Shown in pieces: positions 1 through 13,900 of a stretch of DNA of 64,000 nucleotides (position 1 is its first letter; each line of letters begins with the position of its first letter). The stretch is taken from the NCBI GenBank assembly GCA_030141605.1, contig JAQGDQ010000767.1, positions 35,566-99,565 on the forward strand, read 5' to 3'. A program made the translations under genes and the position numbers. The notes below the pieces were generated by a model that was not told the origin of the DNA, made no database searches, and saw only the letters and a program-made list of their open reading frames with translations. Origin of the DNA: Tubiluchus corallicola (lineage: Eukaryota; Animalia; Priapulida).

Positions 1-972
1 GCTACACGAAAAGCAGTTTGAACATAAGACATCTAAACATGCATACGCTGCCAGCAGCATAGCATAAACGGTTTCAACCTAAAAATAAAAGCTGTGGCCA
101 CTAGACGGCAGCACAAGTCGGGTAATTAATGTTACGTATAAAACACAAGTTTATATACATGAGTATTCCGCTAAGTAAAGTACTAATCACTACTATTATT
201 ACGTAAAAATGAATGTTCTCATGCTGCCTATTGAAAAAACTCATAAATTAATTATTTAATTAGACAAGTAATGTATCATTCATAATAAAAATCTACTTAG
301 ACACTCGCATGTAAATATAATATAAAAAAATTATAATAATCTATGTTCACAATTGATACCTCATACAAAACAAATTCACTATGATAGAGATTCGAAATAG
401 AGAGATTACTTCCCCCCCCCAAAGACAAAAACTCATTTAAAAGAAATTGCGTGATAGCATACATGTGTTTTTGATCATTAATTCTCAGCTTGCGTTTTGA
501 TTTTATGTTTCTGCCAAAGCATCACCCTGTTGAATTTATAAACAAAAGATCATCGGCCAATATAAATCGCTCATAAAAAAAAATTTACAATTAAAACTGA
601 TTAGCCACAACTGACCATTACAGATGGGAAGCCTAAACAGTTTTAGTTGTGTCAATTCAAGATTATGGCGTTGCTTATTATAATGCGAGTTGCATCATGG
701 CGTTACTTCATGTTCGTTACATGAAATTATTGTCACCGATTAGTAATTTTCCCCCAAATTTTGGGAAGTTTAAACGCTAAAATACTGTCAAGAGAGAGAA
801 AGCAAAGCCACATCGATCACAGGAATAATCCCGATTACTCAATAACAAATACTCGCTTCACAAAGATCCTGCGGTATGATTATCATGTGATTGATACGCA
901 CAGAAGCAAATAAAAATCGTAGATAATCACATGAAATCATAATCGTTGCGGCCGAAACTCGTCTAAACTTGT

Positions 973-3900
973 TTACCCCACGACTACTCGTCTATGCGCC
1001 ACAAACATGGACGCTACCGTCAGCACCGTCAGACCCCACGAGCCGACCATGAGCCAAAATGCCCATCCCAGGTCGCGGTTCATGGTCACACCGCGCAGTG
1101 ATTGTGCGTCCTCGTTCAGGTACAGCTCCAATCCAAATACCAGCAGGGCCACGCCCATAACAAGAGCTAAATAAAGTAAATAAAGTAAATAAAGTAATGA
1201 AGTATATGATGTACGGTTTCATAGAAACAAGAGACAGTTCTGTAGAATGTTGTTGTTGTTATTATTATTGCTGTTTTTTTAGTATTATTATTATAATTAT
1301 TATTATTACTATTATTATCAATATCATTATCACTCACTATTATTATTATTATTAGTGTCATTATCAGTATTATTAGTATTATTATAGATGCCAATTAATA
1401 GAAATTTATTTTAAATTTAAAAAATGATCAACTATTGCTTATTTTCAATTGTTTCAAAGTCAGAATAAAATTTGGAGAATTGTACATTAAATTACATTAA
1501 CTACATAACAACACACAGTCAATTTTATTTAGAATTTCGCTATTAAATAAAGTAAATAATGAATGAGTAAATAGTAAATAAGTAATGAAGTATATGATGC
1601 AAGGTTAAATAGAAACAAGAGACAGTTCTATAGAATCATTTGCAAAAGTTTAAGACCAAAGTGATTTTTTTCACGAAAATTGACAAAACCATCGTTTAAC
1701 ACGGTTCCATCTAAAAACTATTCATTTATTCTTCTAGAAAAATATACTACAGCATAGTTTGTATGTTTTTATCCAAAAATAGTCACAGTTCTTGAACATT
1801 TTGGTACTTTGTATAACCACCGAAGTTGTCAATCACTGCCTTCATTCTAAGAGGCATACTGGAAATTAGGTTTTGGCAGTACTCGGAAGTAATTTCTTTA
1901 ACCTAAACGTCCTTGATAACTCTTCGCAAGTCTTCAGCACTTGATGGTACAGTACAATATTTCACAATATAATGATGGTACAATCAGGGTACAGTATGAT
2001 GAAAATCCCGAAAACTCGAGCTTGGTCTTAAACTTTTGCAAATGACTGTAGAATACATAACACACAATCAATTTCATTTAGAATTTTGCTGCACGTCAGA
2101 AGAATATAACATTTTATATATGTACAGAGTTCAGGGCATTGCAAATTTGAACCCAGTGCTCAATAAGGGTGAGCATTCTCTACCAGAAAACGAATTCGAA
2201 ATCGAATCGAATTCGTGACTTTCGGATTTAAATCAAACCGAATTTCAGTATTTCGAATTCGAATCGAGTTTGAAAGATTTTCGAACAAGTTTTCGAACCC
2301 TCAGTAAAAAGCAGTTTTTACAAAGATCGTGCATAGGGTCTGTTACTCGATTTTGTTCTGCAAAAAAACCATAGGGAGGGGGGAATGAGCCACCTCTGGG
2401 GGGAGGGGGGACGCGAATAGGTGCAAAAATAAAAATGAAACATTATTCAAAGTGTTTGTGGGCTAGGGGGAACGAGAATCAGAAAAGGTTGGGGCCCCAC
2501 TGTGCTAAACTATCGACATTTTTGTGAAAATATTGCCGTCAGTGACGAGTTAACTCCTTCAGGACCGTAAGCTTCGCTGCGTTTTGCACGGTTGCTATAG
2601 AAACTGCTCTCACTAAGCAGCAATTTATTTATATTTGATAATTTTTGTGAGTTTCTACTCCTCACACGATGGATTTTCACGCACAATTATATATGAAATG
2701 CATTTGCTTAACTTAAACATTAAAAATAGATTTCTGATGAAGAAATCGAAAAAAGCTTTTCAGTAACTGCAGTGTTTACACTATAACAAAGTACAGTATC
2801 ACTCATGTGATATCAGCTAATGCAGAAAATTTCAGCTATCCAGACACAACACTCTGATACACGTTGGCTCCTGCTAAAGGATGAAACGGTCTTAATTTGT
2901 TCTTGGCTGATCGGTTTTTCCTGGAATAGCAGCAGAACACTGCACAGGTTGTGACCATAACAAGCAGGTCGTCAATAAATTAGTGTGTACGATCACGCAA
3001 GTGTACACCAGGCTAAGCTACTCAATAGGCTAAGTTGACATACCTGAAGAGGGTGTGTTTTTCTTGATTTTATCCAATTAAATCACTTATAAATGTTTAA
3101 ACAAACAGAAAGATTTGATAGCTGATATTCTCCTGAATGGAACAGTACCAAATTTGTAATCACTTAGTTATGTCTGTCCTCGTACAGTAGCAGAAAAGTC
3201 AAAAATCTCATAAGACCTATTTTGAATGGTGTGGTCCTGAAGGAGTTGATGGCCAATGGACTATGGTCAACTTTAGTTTAGACGATATTTATATACAGAC
3301 TTATCATATTGGATTTGCAGGAGCTTGGAGATAATGTAATTACAGAAGTTTGAAAGTCGACTCTCTTTAATTTAAGACACATATTTTAATATTATTGATG
3401 TCTTAGTGACACAATTACAGTTTGCAATCGGGAAGGAGGGGTGCTTGAATACTCACCAGTAAAAAGTAGTGACGAATAGATCATGACTCCGATGCAACGG
3501 AAGCAAGCGCCTCCTTTCGTGCACGTACAGCTGTAAAAGGGCAGCAATACGCACAGGTTCAGAACCAGGGTGCCGACGGCAATCGTGAACATGATCTGAC
3601 ACGCCATGAACCAGTCTGTAATCGGAATAAAGCGGTTTTAAAAGAACGGCCGCAAGCGGAATGCGACTCGTCGTATGAAATTCATCAAGACGATTAAGAC
3701 GGCATCAACAAAACGCGCGGTTACAGCTGGTTATCATAACCTAAACTGCTGTGCTGAGTAGCAGAAATGGTTGATGATACACCAACGTATGAATGACGCA
3801 TTACGGATTGACTTTTATAACTCCGACAACCCGAAGCCAAAGAGTGTCGGTTGTGCTAATTAAGAGAAAGACGGTTGCAATTATCACTGCTTGTAGGACA

Positions 3901-5690
3901 GAGAAGCCAGCTAACGTAGCTGCTGTTAAATATAGCCGCAACCGCGAGGCTTCGCGAGGTTGATAACAAACAGAAGCACATGTCAAACACGAGAGACACT
4001 TTGAAATATCAGCAGCTGTTCATACCAACCATCATCATGAAACCTGAATTTAGTTATAAGTATTTGGCATCGAATAAAAAAAAGCGGCACAGTAAAAACA
4101 TGGATAGCAGACGGATGTAGCCAATAATTACCACAGAAATTACAGCTTTGTTTCTTCTACATCTTTCATTACACTTACAAAAACACACAATTCAAGGAAA
4201 TAAATTGTCACTAAGCTTGAATGGAATGCAAACTTTATTGTTATTACAGCAAATTTTAATCCCTCAAGGCAAACACGCCAAGGTAGATTCAAGTCTACAG
4301 CAGGGCTGGATTTAAAATCAGAAAAATGTATAAAAGTGAAAGAAAGTCAGAAACATTTTGTACACAAAAATAGGCAGGGTGCATAAGATTATGGATATGT
4401 ATAAAATAAATAAAATAGCTTATTTTATGGATTTTTGAAATTTTATTTTTTGGATATCAATAAAATAAGAAATAGACTATATCTGGAACGAGATGCCCAG
4501 GGGGAAATCAATTAAAAAGTAAAAACAGGAATGCTTGAAACGTTTTTTTAAACACGCGGAACTTAGTTTTAATTTTATCGGTTTCGTTTTAATTTTATCG
4601 GTTTCATATCACTTCAAGTTTAATCAAATTTTACAAGACAATGCCTTGTAATTCATCACTTCAGTTCAAATAATTCGTCTATTTCGTACAAATGTAGAAT
4701 GCCCTCTAGGCTGAAGTTTCCGATCCAATGCCTGTATTCAGTTTTGATTGCCTTATTTTGTACAAAAAAAGTTAAAAAAAAAATTTTTTATTTTATGCAT
4801 TTCTTATTTTATGGATTTTTCAAATTTTATTTTATGGATTTTTGGTCTTATTTTATGGATATCCATAATCTTACGCAGCCTGACAATAGGACTCGAGCCC
4901 GAGACATTCTATTTTTCGGGCAGCTATCTCTCATCATTAAACCGGTGCTCTGACTTTTATGGTTTAGGAATTCACACTACAAATGTGTTTGCTTTGATGC
5001 TTCGTGTTTTTGCTTCAGATCTGGGCAATTTTTGCACCGAGAACTTATTACTAAGAAGCATAATAAATGTAACAGCCAGAATGTTTATTCTGCAGTGTGT
5101 AAAATCTGGCCAATCGTGTATGCTGTACTGATATTACTGCTGAAACAAACCAATTGAAAGGAGCGATGCAAACAGGTAGACTTTATAACTTTTAACGGGT
5201 TGCTTACAAAGATTTCGACAAATTTTACCTTTTACGCTAACTGACAGACATTGGTGTATTTTGTTCATCTATGGAATTAAATCCTTTTGAAGTGAATTTT
5301 CATTTAGCTGAGCATAAAGTTTATTTCGGGCAATTTAGCTAATAATACGATACATCGTATGGGCCCGGTTTAGCAAATCTTGGGCCCGTGTTTTAAAAAA
5401 CCATGGGATTCTTGTCCCCAGCCGGGAAGAACGCAAAAAAACCACTGCAACTTACTTGGAATTTCGCCCCAGTTTCTCGTGTCGAACAGACGGTCACTGT
5501 CTCCGTACAGCCAGTTGCACGAATCACTCCCACCCAGGTTGGCTAGTCCTCCGCACTTTTTCCACAGACCGTAATTGGTTTTCCTCAAGGCGAGCGTGCC
5601 CCACTCATTGACAAAAAATGCTATGACAGCGGCAGCGGTCGCCAGGAATAGGAACACAATGACAAGCGAAACAGAACAGCGAGCTCCCAT
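973..5690 (-). CDS. Claudin/PMP22/EMP-superfamily tetraspan protein, paralogue A (195 aa, 3 coding exons: 5690-5456, 3615-3457, 1166-973)
   Basis: GT-AG introns, both phase 1, join into 588 nt. Four hydrophobic segments. First loop has the W...GLWxxC...C signature (VNEW...NYGLWKKC...SC), then WFMACQ, then LGWAFWL before TM4. A splice acceptor (ctacag) just upstream of the ATG implies a non-coding first exon. Confidence 0.88.
2554..3245. mobile_element. Non-autonomous DNA transposon, piggyBac-like (TTAA)
   Basis: TIRs ctccttcaggacc / ggtcctgaaggag flanked by TTAA / TTGA; second partial copy at 54335-54711. Confidence 0.7.
4375..4882. mobile_element. hAT-type MITE, long copy
   Basis: TIRs cagggtgcataagattatggatat / atatccataatcttacgcagcctg; 8-bp TSD aaaatagg / acaatagg. 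Confidence 0.8.
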
Positions 5691-5868
5691 GATGAAGAAA
5701 TTACGCAATCCTCCCTGTAGCGGAAAAATCTTTTAAGAAATTTTATACTGAACCTATCGATCTTTAATAGAATAACCAAAGTAAAGAATTAGTGTTGCTC
5801 CGGATATGTCATTCGTGTATCAGAAACAACATTAGTATCAATAACCTACAAGAACAGCTCTTCTTAAA

Positions 5869-6634
5869 ACAAGAACATGTGGTACGAAACCAAGAACACA
5901 TGGTGAGAAACCAAGAACACACGGTAAGAAACCAAGAACACGTAGTAAGAAACCAAGAATACATGGTAAGTACCAAGAACACATGGTAAGAAACCAATAA
6001 CACACGGCAAGAGACCAAGAACACATGGTAAGAAACCAATAACACACAGTAAGAAAACAAGTACACACGGTAAGAACCAAGAACACATGGTAAGAAAACA
6101 ATAGCACACAGTAAAAAATTAAGCACATGCGGTAAGAAAACAAGAACACACGGTAAGAAACCAGAAACACATGGTAAGAAAACAAGAGCACACGGTAAGA
6201 AAACAGAAACACATGGTAAGAAAACAAGAGCACACGGTAAGAAAACAGAAACACATGGTAAGAAAACAAGAGCACACGGTAAGAAAACAAGAACACAAGG
6301 TAAGAAACCAAGAACACATGGTGAGAAAACAAGAACACATGGTACGAAACCAAGAACACATGGTGAGCATACGGTAAGAAACCAGGAACACGTGGTAAGA
6401 AAACAAGACACACGGTAAGAACCCAGAAACACATGGTAAGAAAACAAGAGCACACGGTGAGAAAACAAGAACACATGGTACGAAACCAAAAACACATGGT
6501 GAGAAAACAAGAACATAGGGTAAGAAACCAAGAGCACACGGTAAGAAACCAAGAGCACATGGTGAGAAACCAAGAGCACATGGTGAGAAAACAAGAATAC
6601 ATAGTAAAAAACCAAGCATACATGGTAAGAAAAC
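5869..6634. repeat. 21-bp minisatellite (caagaacacatggtaagaaac, ~36 copies)
   Basis: Direct tandem periodicity; source of the ORFs at 5809-6724. Confidence 0.95.
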
Positions 6635-7479
6635 TACTAACAAGTAGTCAAGTAATCTACCAACAAAACTACTAATGATAATGATGGCGCTGACAATAAC
6701 ACTAATGATGATGACAGAATGCAATCACATAAAGAAGTAAAAACATTAAACTGTTGAATTCCATTTACAAACTTTAGGGACAAAGTTAATTAATAATTCT
6801 TTGTTAAAAGTAACAACAGATTAACTGATTTACTAGGCAACTAAAATCTAAACAAACTATGTTTCTAGAATGCTGCACACACTAGAGATTAGATTGCCAA
6901 GGCTACAAATACATTTTAACTAACACGGTCGTGTGCAGTCTAATAGTTATATACCACACTGCCACTCTCAAAATTTAAGGGCATTAAATGTTAATCGAAA
7001 AATGTTAAATGTTAAGAAATATTTCAAAAGTATTGAGAGTAACACAGTTTGATAATGGTAATCACCTGCATTCTTTTTCCACAGAAATCTTAATAAAACG
7101 TGACTATGCTCAACAGGTTACTGAACACTTTATAATAATGATCACAGTTTTTCTTAGTTCTCGCTCCATTTCATCTTTCATTCACTACTCCCCCCCCCAC
7201 TTTTATGTATACATTATCATTATTTCAATTACCAATCACTTCTTTAAGATTTCCACGTACAGTTTGGCCTGTCAAGCTATGCTTTTAGGCTCAAAATGTA
7301 TGCATCAAAATTTTTCTGTAATGTAATTTGCACACGTATATGCTGCATAAGAATCTCTTTTGTAATTGTGTAATTTCTGGATAATATTGCATAAATTTAT
7401 ATTTATATTCAGTGAAATGACCTGTATTTTTATTATAACTGTTAGATGCAGAATGGAAATAAATAAACTTAACTTTACT

Positions 7480-7835
7480 TATCGAATAAACTCATTGTAA
7501 CCCATATCTGACATCTAAATATCTGTTCAGCTTATTCTTGAATTTGTTCACCGAGGAAGCTCTAAACGGTATCAGATAAGCGTACATTTTGCTCTCTAAC
7601 CACACTTTAGTATTTTTTGCAGTACAGCAGGGCACCGTGTTTACAGATATTAAGAGTGCTGCCCCCTGGTTCTACTTTCATTAATTGATGTAAACAATTC
7701 TTCTCTTTTTATGCCACCTACACACACATAATTTTTATAAGCTTGTATAAAATCTCTTCGATATCTCTTCAACTCTGTGGTTGTAAGTCAAACATTTTCT
7801 AAGCTTCTCTTGATAAGACATTCCCAACACACCTT
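7480..7835 (-). mobile_element. Degenerate CR1-type LINE 3' fragment
   Basis: Frameshifted GMSYQEKLRK..LTTTELKRYRRDFIQAYK on the minus strand. Confidence 0.55.
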
Positions 7836-9299
7836 CAATTCAATTCAATTTTATTTCCTCAATAGCAGTTAAAATTTGTCATAATTATTTTTACATTTCA
7901 TTGCAGCTGAGAAAGAGCAGAGAAAGACCTGTTGGTCACTTGGTCAGCTGCCCCTTATTGAAAATACAAGTTTACTCACAGGCTCATGACATTTTCAGGT
8001 GTTTGTGCATATATAAAAAAGGCAAAAGCAACAAAAATCAAGATGATCATTGCCCTAAGTTTCATGCTATTAAGCTCACTTTAATACAGACATTTAAAGT
8101 GCTTCTTTATTTCCACTGTTTTCAGATGTTTTCATTTCCAAGCTACGAAACTCTTTCCCTGGAGCAATTTTCAAAATTTGCTGCAAACTTAAAACACGAA
8201 CAGATGTTCTGCTGGAAATGAAAACATCAGAAAACCGTGCAAATAAAGAAGCACTTTAAAGGCCTGTGAAAAAGTGACATTAATGGCATCATATCACTAC
8301 CCAATTAATTGAAATTATGGCAACAGTATCTCATTTAACAAGTAACCAACCATTTGGAATTATTAAAACAAAGAGAGGGGTAATATATAATAAGAATTTG
8401 CACTTGCCATCTTGCCAATGTGGCTTTGTATTAAAACAAAGAGAGGAGTAATATATAACGAGAATTGGCGCTTGACAACTTGCCAATGTGGCTTTGACTG
8501 AATTGGACGAATAGTAAAACCACTTTCTTAGCTTCATATACACTTCACTGATCCTAAAAAAGCTAAATGAGATTTGCTGCCTTGCCGTCTTAGTATTGAT
8601 AGACAGATACAAATGACAATATTCCCCGAACATTATTCAATTTATTTTGTCGTTAAAATTAAAAATAAACTTCGTGAATTTGTTTAATCAGGCATTCGCT
8701 TAGTTCGTCATTTTGTCATCATAGTAAAATAACCCATTAAATATCAAATTTGAACTAAACAAATACAAACATTTTAATTATTCGTCCTAGGTTAATAAAA
8801 AACAAAACTTACAACAAGTTATTACAACCACACCTACTTTCCTTCACTGTAATTTCGCAAAAGATGACAATGTTGAATGTTGAAATAGGGAGGGTCAGTA
8901 AAGACAACGAAGTTGAAAATAACTGCAGAATCGTAAAAAACAGTTCTGAAGATGACGCCCCACTTAAAAAATATGCTCACGACCACGTTCTTCATTTTCC
9001 AATACATAATTATTACTTACAATGCTCGTACGATGTCCATACCTTTTTTTAATATCTCGTATCAGCTAATGTACAAACAGCTATTGTTTCAAGATTCAGC
9101 CAGTGAACAGTCTAGATGTAAGTGAACAGCCACTGGATAAAAAAGAAATCATTGTGTGATACTTTAATGTGTTTTACATAATATTATGCTGATTTATCGC
9201 ACATTTAATTTCCTTCTTTGATGAAACTCTGTAAAAAATAAGAAGTAAATCAAAAGTGTGATTCTTAAGTAATAGAGCAATCCAGTATGTAAACCAGTG

Positions 9300-9720
9300 A
9301 AATATGTCATAGAGTGTATAGAAAAAGACAGCAAAATTGAAGTGGAAGTGTGGCTAGACCAATTTCTTGAAGCCTTTGTGAATAAGTTAGATTGCTCATT
9401 CCTGGAATCATCCCTGTCACTATTTGTTGAATATTCTTGACTGTGTGGATAGAATCGTGTCTTGATGGGTCCCACACTACATCCGCGTAGCCAAGGATGG
9501 GTCTGACCAATGACTTACATAACCTCAGAACCATTGCTTTACGGAGAAATTGAAAATGTGCTTGATTAGTGCTAACCTGCAGTGAGCCTTCTGCGTGATG
9601 TATGCAATGTGAGGCTGTAAGTCAAGGCTGCTGTCTGCAATGACCCCAATGTCTGTTTTCTTATCAAATTTGCTAGTACTTGACTTTTGATTACCAAAGC
9701 TGATGGTGCAGTTAGATGGG
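9300..9720 (-). mobile_element. CR1-type LINE reverse transcriptase C-terminal fragment
   Basis: LCKSLVRPILGYADVVWDP...IQQIVTGMIPGMSNLTYSQRLQEIGLATL matches the CR1 ORF2 tail pattern LYKxLVRPxLEY...W.P...IERVQRRATKMI. Confidence 0.8.
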
Positions 9721-10581
9721 AAACAGCTCTACCAACTGCGGATTGTGTTAGGTGTTTTGTATCAAATTTTTAATTTGTTGATTCTTTCCTTAATGTCTAG
9801 CATGTTTAATTTCGCTCTTATTCTATAGTAAGCGCAGTGAGTGGCCCTATTTCGCGATGACGTAAACGAAATAACGGCGATATCCCATATTGAAAAATAA
9901 CATCTCCTGAAGTTTGTTTTGGTTAGTTTGTTAACTAGAAAATAAAAATTATTTTTTGTTTTGTTGTTCGTTTCTTTGTTAGATGAAGTTTTGTAGGCGT
10001 TTGGTTGGAAAGTGACACGTGACTGTAATAATCGCCAACTTTCTTATCAATTTGGGTAAAGCAAAAAATAGCAAATTATTGGGACGTTATTTGTAGGGAG
10101 CTAGGGAGGGGCTTTTTTAATTTTTGTGAGAATCACTTCATGAGATTTTCGTTTGATTCGACAAACCAAATGTTTTGGTGGCCAATATTTAAATTTAAAT
10201 ATTTAAATAATAAATAAACTGTTACGAATGACATTATCAATTTTATGTCATTCGTAACACTAACAGTAACAGTTTATTTATTATAAGCAGTACTAACACT
10301 AATACACTGTAGCATAGCGCCTATAAAAAATGTTTATCACTAACGAAAGGGCAGCTGACTAGATGACCAATTGGTCTTTCGGTGCCCTTTCTTCACATTT
10401 TTGTTGCTAAATTAATTGTATTGTAATTGTGCGTGTGTTAAAAGACAAATAAAAGATTATTATTATTAGGTTGTGTTAAGATTTAGATATTTTATTTTTC
10501 TTTAAAATTTTACTCGTACACCTAGTTAAATGTGCGCTGTACGATTAATTCACGTTTCATAATCGTTTTTTGCTAGGAAAC

Positions 10582-10939
10582 ATGGGTGTTCACTGCTCTT
10601 TGGGATTAGTCATAACGTTCTTGTTCCTTGCAACATTAACGGCTGTTGTATCTTTCTTTGTGACTGAGTGGGGAGAATTTACTCTGGGAGGTAAATACGG
10701 TCTGTGGAGAGAATGCGCAGAAAGTTTGAGGTTCCAACTGTTTGCCAAAGATTGCCGATGGCTTTACAACTTTGAGCGATTTGGCGTTTATCGTGGGAGT
10801 ATTCCAGGTAATGTCTTAGGCTTAGGTGTTGAGCTTGCTCGTTTTTACTTTTGGATTTTTAATTTTTAATTGTTTCTTTTTTTATTATTGTTGTACATTT
10901 ACATCATGCTTTGCAATTAATACTTATGTAAGAGAAAGA

Positions 10940-10984
<45 letters not shown>

Positions 10985-13900
10985 AGGGAAAGCGAGAGAC
11001 ATGGAGGGAGAAAGAAAGAGAGAGAGAGAAAAGAGAGAAAGAGAAAGAAAGGGAGAGAACGAAAGAAAGAGAGAGAGAAAGAAAGAGAAAGAGTGTGTGA
11101 GAGGGGGAAAGACAGAGAGGGAGGAAAAGAGAGAGAGGGAAGGGAAGGACAGAGAAGAGAAAGGAGAGAGGGAGGGAAAGAGAGAAAGAGAGGAAACATA
11201 AGACGTTATTGAAACTTGTAGTCCGTTGGTTCAAGAATTATAAGTTTATCGATCTCTCGAGACCGAGACAAATATGGCCACAGCGCCAAGTGATTAACTT
11301 TCTAACATTGAAGGTCGTAAATCAGGAGAACGTTTAAACAATCTCTAAGAAATCTTATAAAAATACACAAAAGTTTAACCCGTGTGAGAGATCATGTTTC
11401 TCGTGAAGATTTCCCTCGACAGAACGAGTCTATCGGTTGAATTGCTAAACAATGGCTTCTTCAAAATATAATTCTATCTCAGGGGCTCTTGAAAAAGCTT
11501 TGGAAATTGGCTGCAGCTTTGCAGGTCCAGTAACTGGACATAACAACAGGGGGGCGTATTGACCAATGGAATAGCTCAGTTAGCAGCAAGCTGCTTACTT
11601 TCAATCTAAGAATATGTCGTTTATGCGTATTTAGGTTTTAACAAGTTCGACTCAAACTATCCGTCTTTGAACTTGCTGAACTCAAGATCGCGGATTGGAA
11701 ATGACGTCAATTCCACCATTTTGAATTTAAGATAGCAAATCGAAAATCCAACTCTCTCAGTCGATGCAGAATTCATTCTTATATATTTCTGTTGGATTTC
11801 ATTACGATTCGTTGCAAATTGGTGGAGCGTTAGGCTTCTTTTGAAAATGGTGTCATTGCGCCATCATCTTGAACTGAAAACGTCAGATCGAAAATCTAAT
11901 GTCGTCAGTAGACACGGAATTCTCTGACGTATTCTGTTGGAATTAACTGTGAAATAAAATAAATTCTAAATAAATTGAAATTCTTTCTAGTACATTTCTG
12001 TCAAACTTTATGACAATCTGTTGTGAACTGGCAGAACGTTAGACTTCTCTAATCAGTGTCGCTTTCGTTACCATCTTGATTTCAAAGTGAAGATTGAAAA
12101 TCCTGCTCTGTCAGTCGGTGCAGAATTTGTTCTTGTGTATCCTTTAAGGTTTCATGATGATCAACTGGGAATTGGTAGAGGCTTGGGCTTTCTTAAAAAG
12201 TTATGTTATCGCCAATCTTGAATTCAAGATGGCAAGTCAAAATTTTGACCCGTCAGTTAATGCAGAACTAGTATATTCACATGAAGTTTCGTGACAATTC
12301 ACTGCGAATTCGCGAAGCCTCAGGATTCCCCAACAACAATAGCAATAAAATCCAGAAGGGTAGTGATTTGGATTGAGTCGCTTGACCTAGAATTTAATAG
12401 TACCTGGTTTGTTCAAGTTTTTGTACAAGTCATTTAACACACATAGTTATGCTTATTAGTTTCTGTATTAATATTTGAGCATGTATTTTAGCACAGAGGA
12501 TGCTCCAACCCAGGGGTGTGCAAATTGTGGCCCGCCAAGAGAATTTGTGCGACCCGCGAAGAGATTTGTCAACCTAATGAAAGTGCGGCCCGGGCGATTA
12601 ATTGAGTGTATCCAGCTGAAGTCCGTGCCACGATCCCAAAGATAGTGCGGGTAGTTTTTTCTACTAGATCAGATGCCATTAACCCTTACAAGATGGTTGT
12701 AGCTTAATGTCGCGGTACTACACAGACTGTGTGATACACATTACTAATATGCATTGTAATGAAATTACCACTATCTGTCCTGAAAGTAGAAATATATGCT
12801 TTTGTAATATAAATTTTATTAACTTCTAAAATAGTTTCTTGAGTGTAGTAGTAATGATGTACGCAGGTCGGATGCAAAAAAATTGTTATTAGGTCTTTCT
12901 GTACTTGGCTCCTTGATCAAACTGCCTGTGGCCCGCAGGAATTGCGGAAAAGTTTAATGTGGCCTGGCTAGTCAGATAATTTGCACACCCCTGCTCCAAC
13001 CTAATGATTAACTCTTCTATCACTTTGTTTCCATGACAATCGTTTGAGTTGAGATCCGTTTCCACTGTTTCAGGATGAACAACACAAATTGATAACGTGC
13101 TTACATAAGTTGGTTAATTAATTAAACGGTTAATCAATTATTCTTTGTACATTTCAGCTTGGTTTATAGCTTGTCAAATCATGTTTACCATTTCCGTTGC
13201 CGTTCTCGTTGTCAACCTGTGTATACTCATGCCGTTCTACAGTTGCACTTGTGGAAAAGGAGGTGACTGCTTCCGCTGCATTGGAGTTGTCATTTACTCC
13301 TCGCTTCTCTGCACAGGTAAGCTTACACATTGCTTGCCTGCACTTTTAATTTACATTGAAAAATGTTCAGGGTCAAATTAACACTTTTCTATGTTTTTGT
13401 TGCAATTTGTTATTATTCATTGAATAAGTACTTAAAAGAGGCATCAGCTTATAACAGTTCATCCTTTTTATCATTAGATGTCGCCAAACTATGCATTTAT
13501 GTACTACAGTAAACTCCGCATAAGTCAAAATCGCATAACTCGAAGAATTTCAGAGGAACGGATGAAATCCTTCGTTCGTCTCACAAAAACGTCGCTTAAC
13601 TCAAAATTTTGCCCGATTCAAATGAGAAATTGTTGTCCATTTAATCAAAATACATGTAATTTACTTCACCTAACTCAAACTATGCGCATACTCAACCGCA
13701 GTAAGTAACACATTGGTAGCCACACTGTCACATTGTTTAACAGTGTTGTGTACGTGTCCTTTTGTAACATAAAAAAATCGTGTTTCACTACATAATTTGT
13801 TATTCTTTACGCAATTGTCATCAAATCTCGTCGTTTACGTATAGGAGAGTTGATTTTCCGCCTTCTATTTAGCTCGCTATCTGGAGGACGAGGTTAGAGT

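Noticed and set aside
5809-6724. Long Cys/Phe/Leu-rich ORFs on both strands
   Set aside because: Translations of a 21-bp minisatellite; open in several frames, with no domain content.
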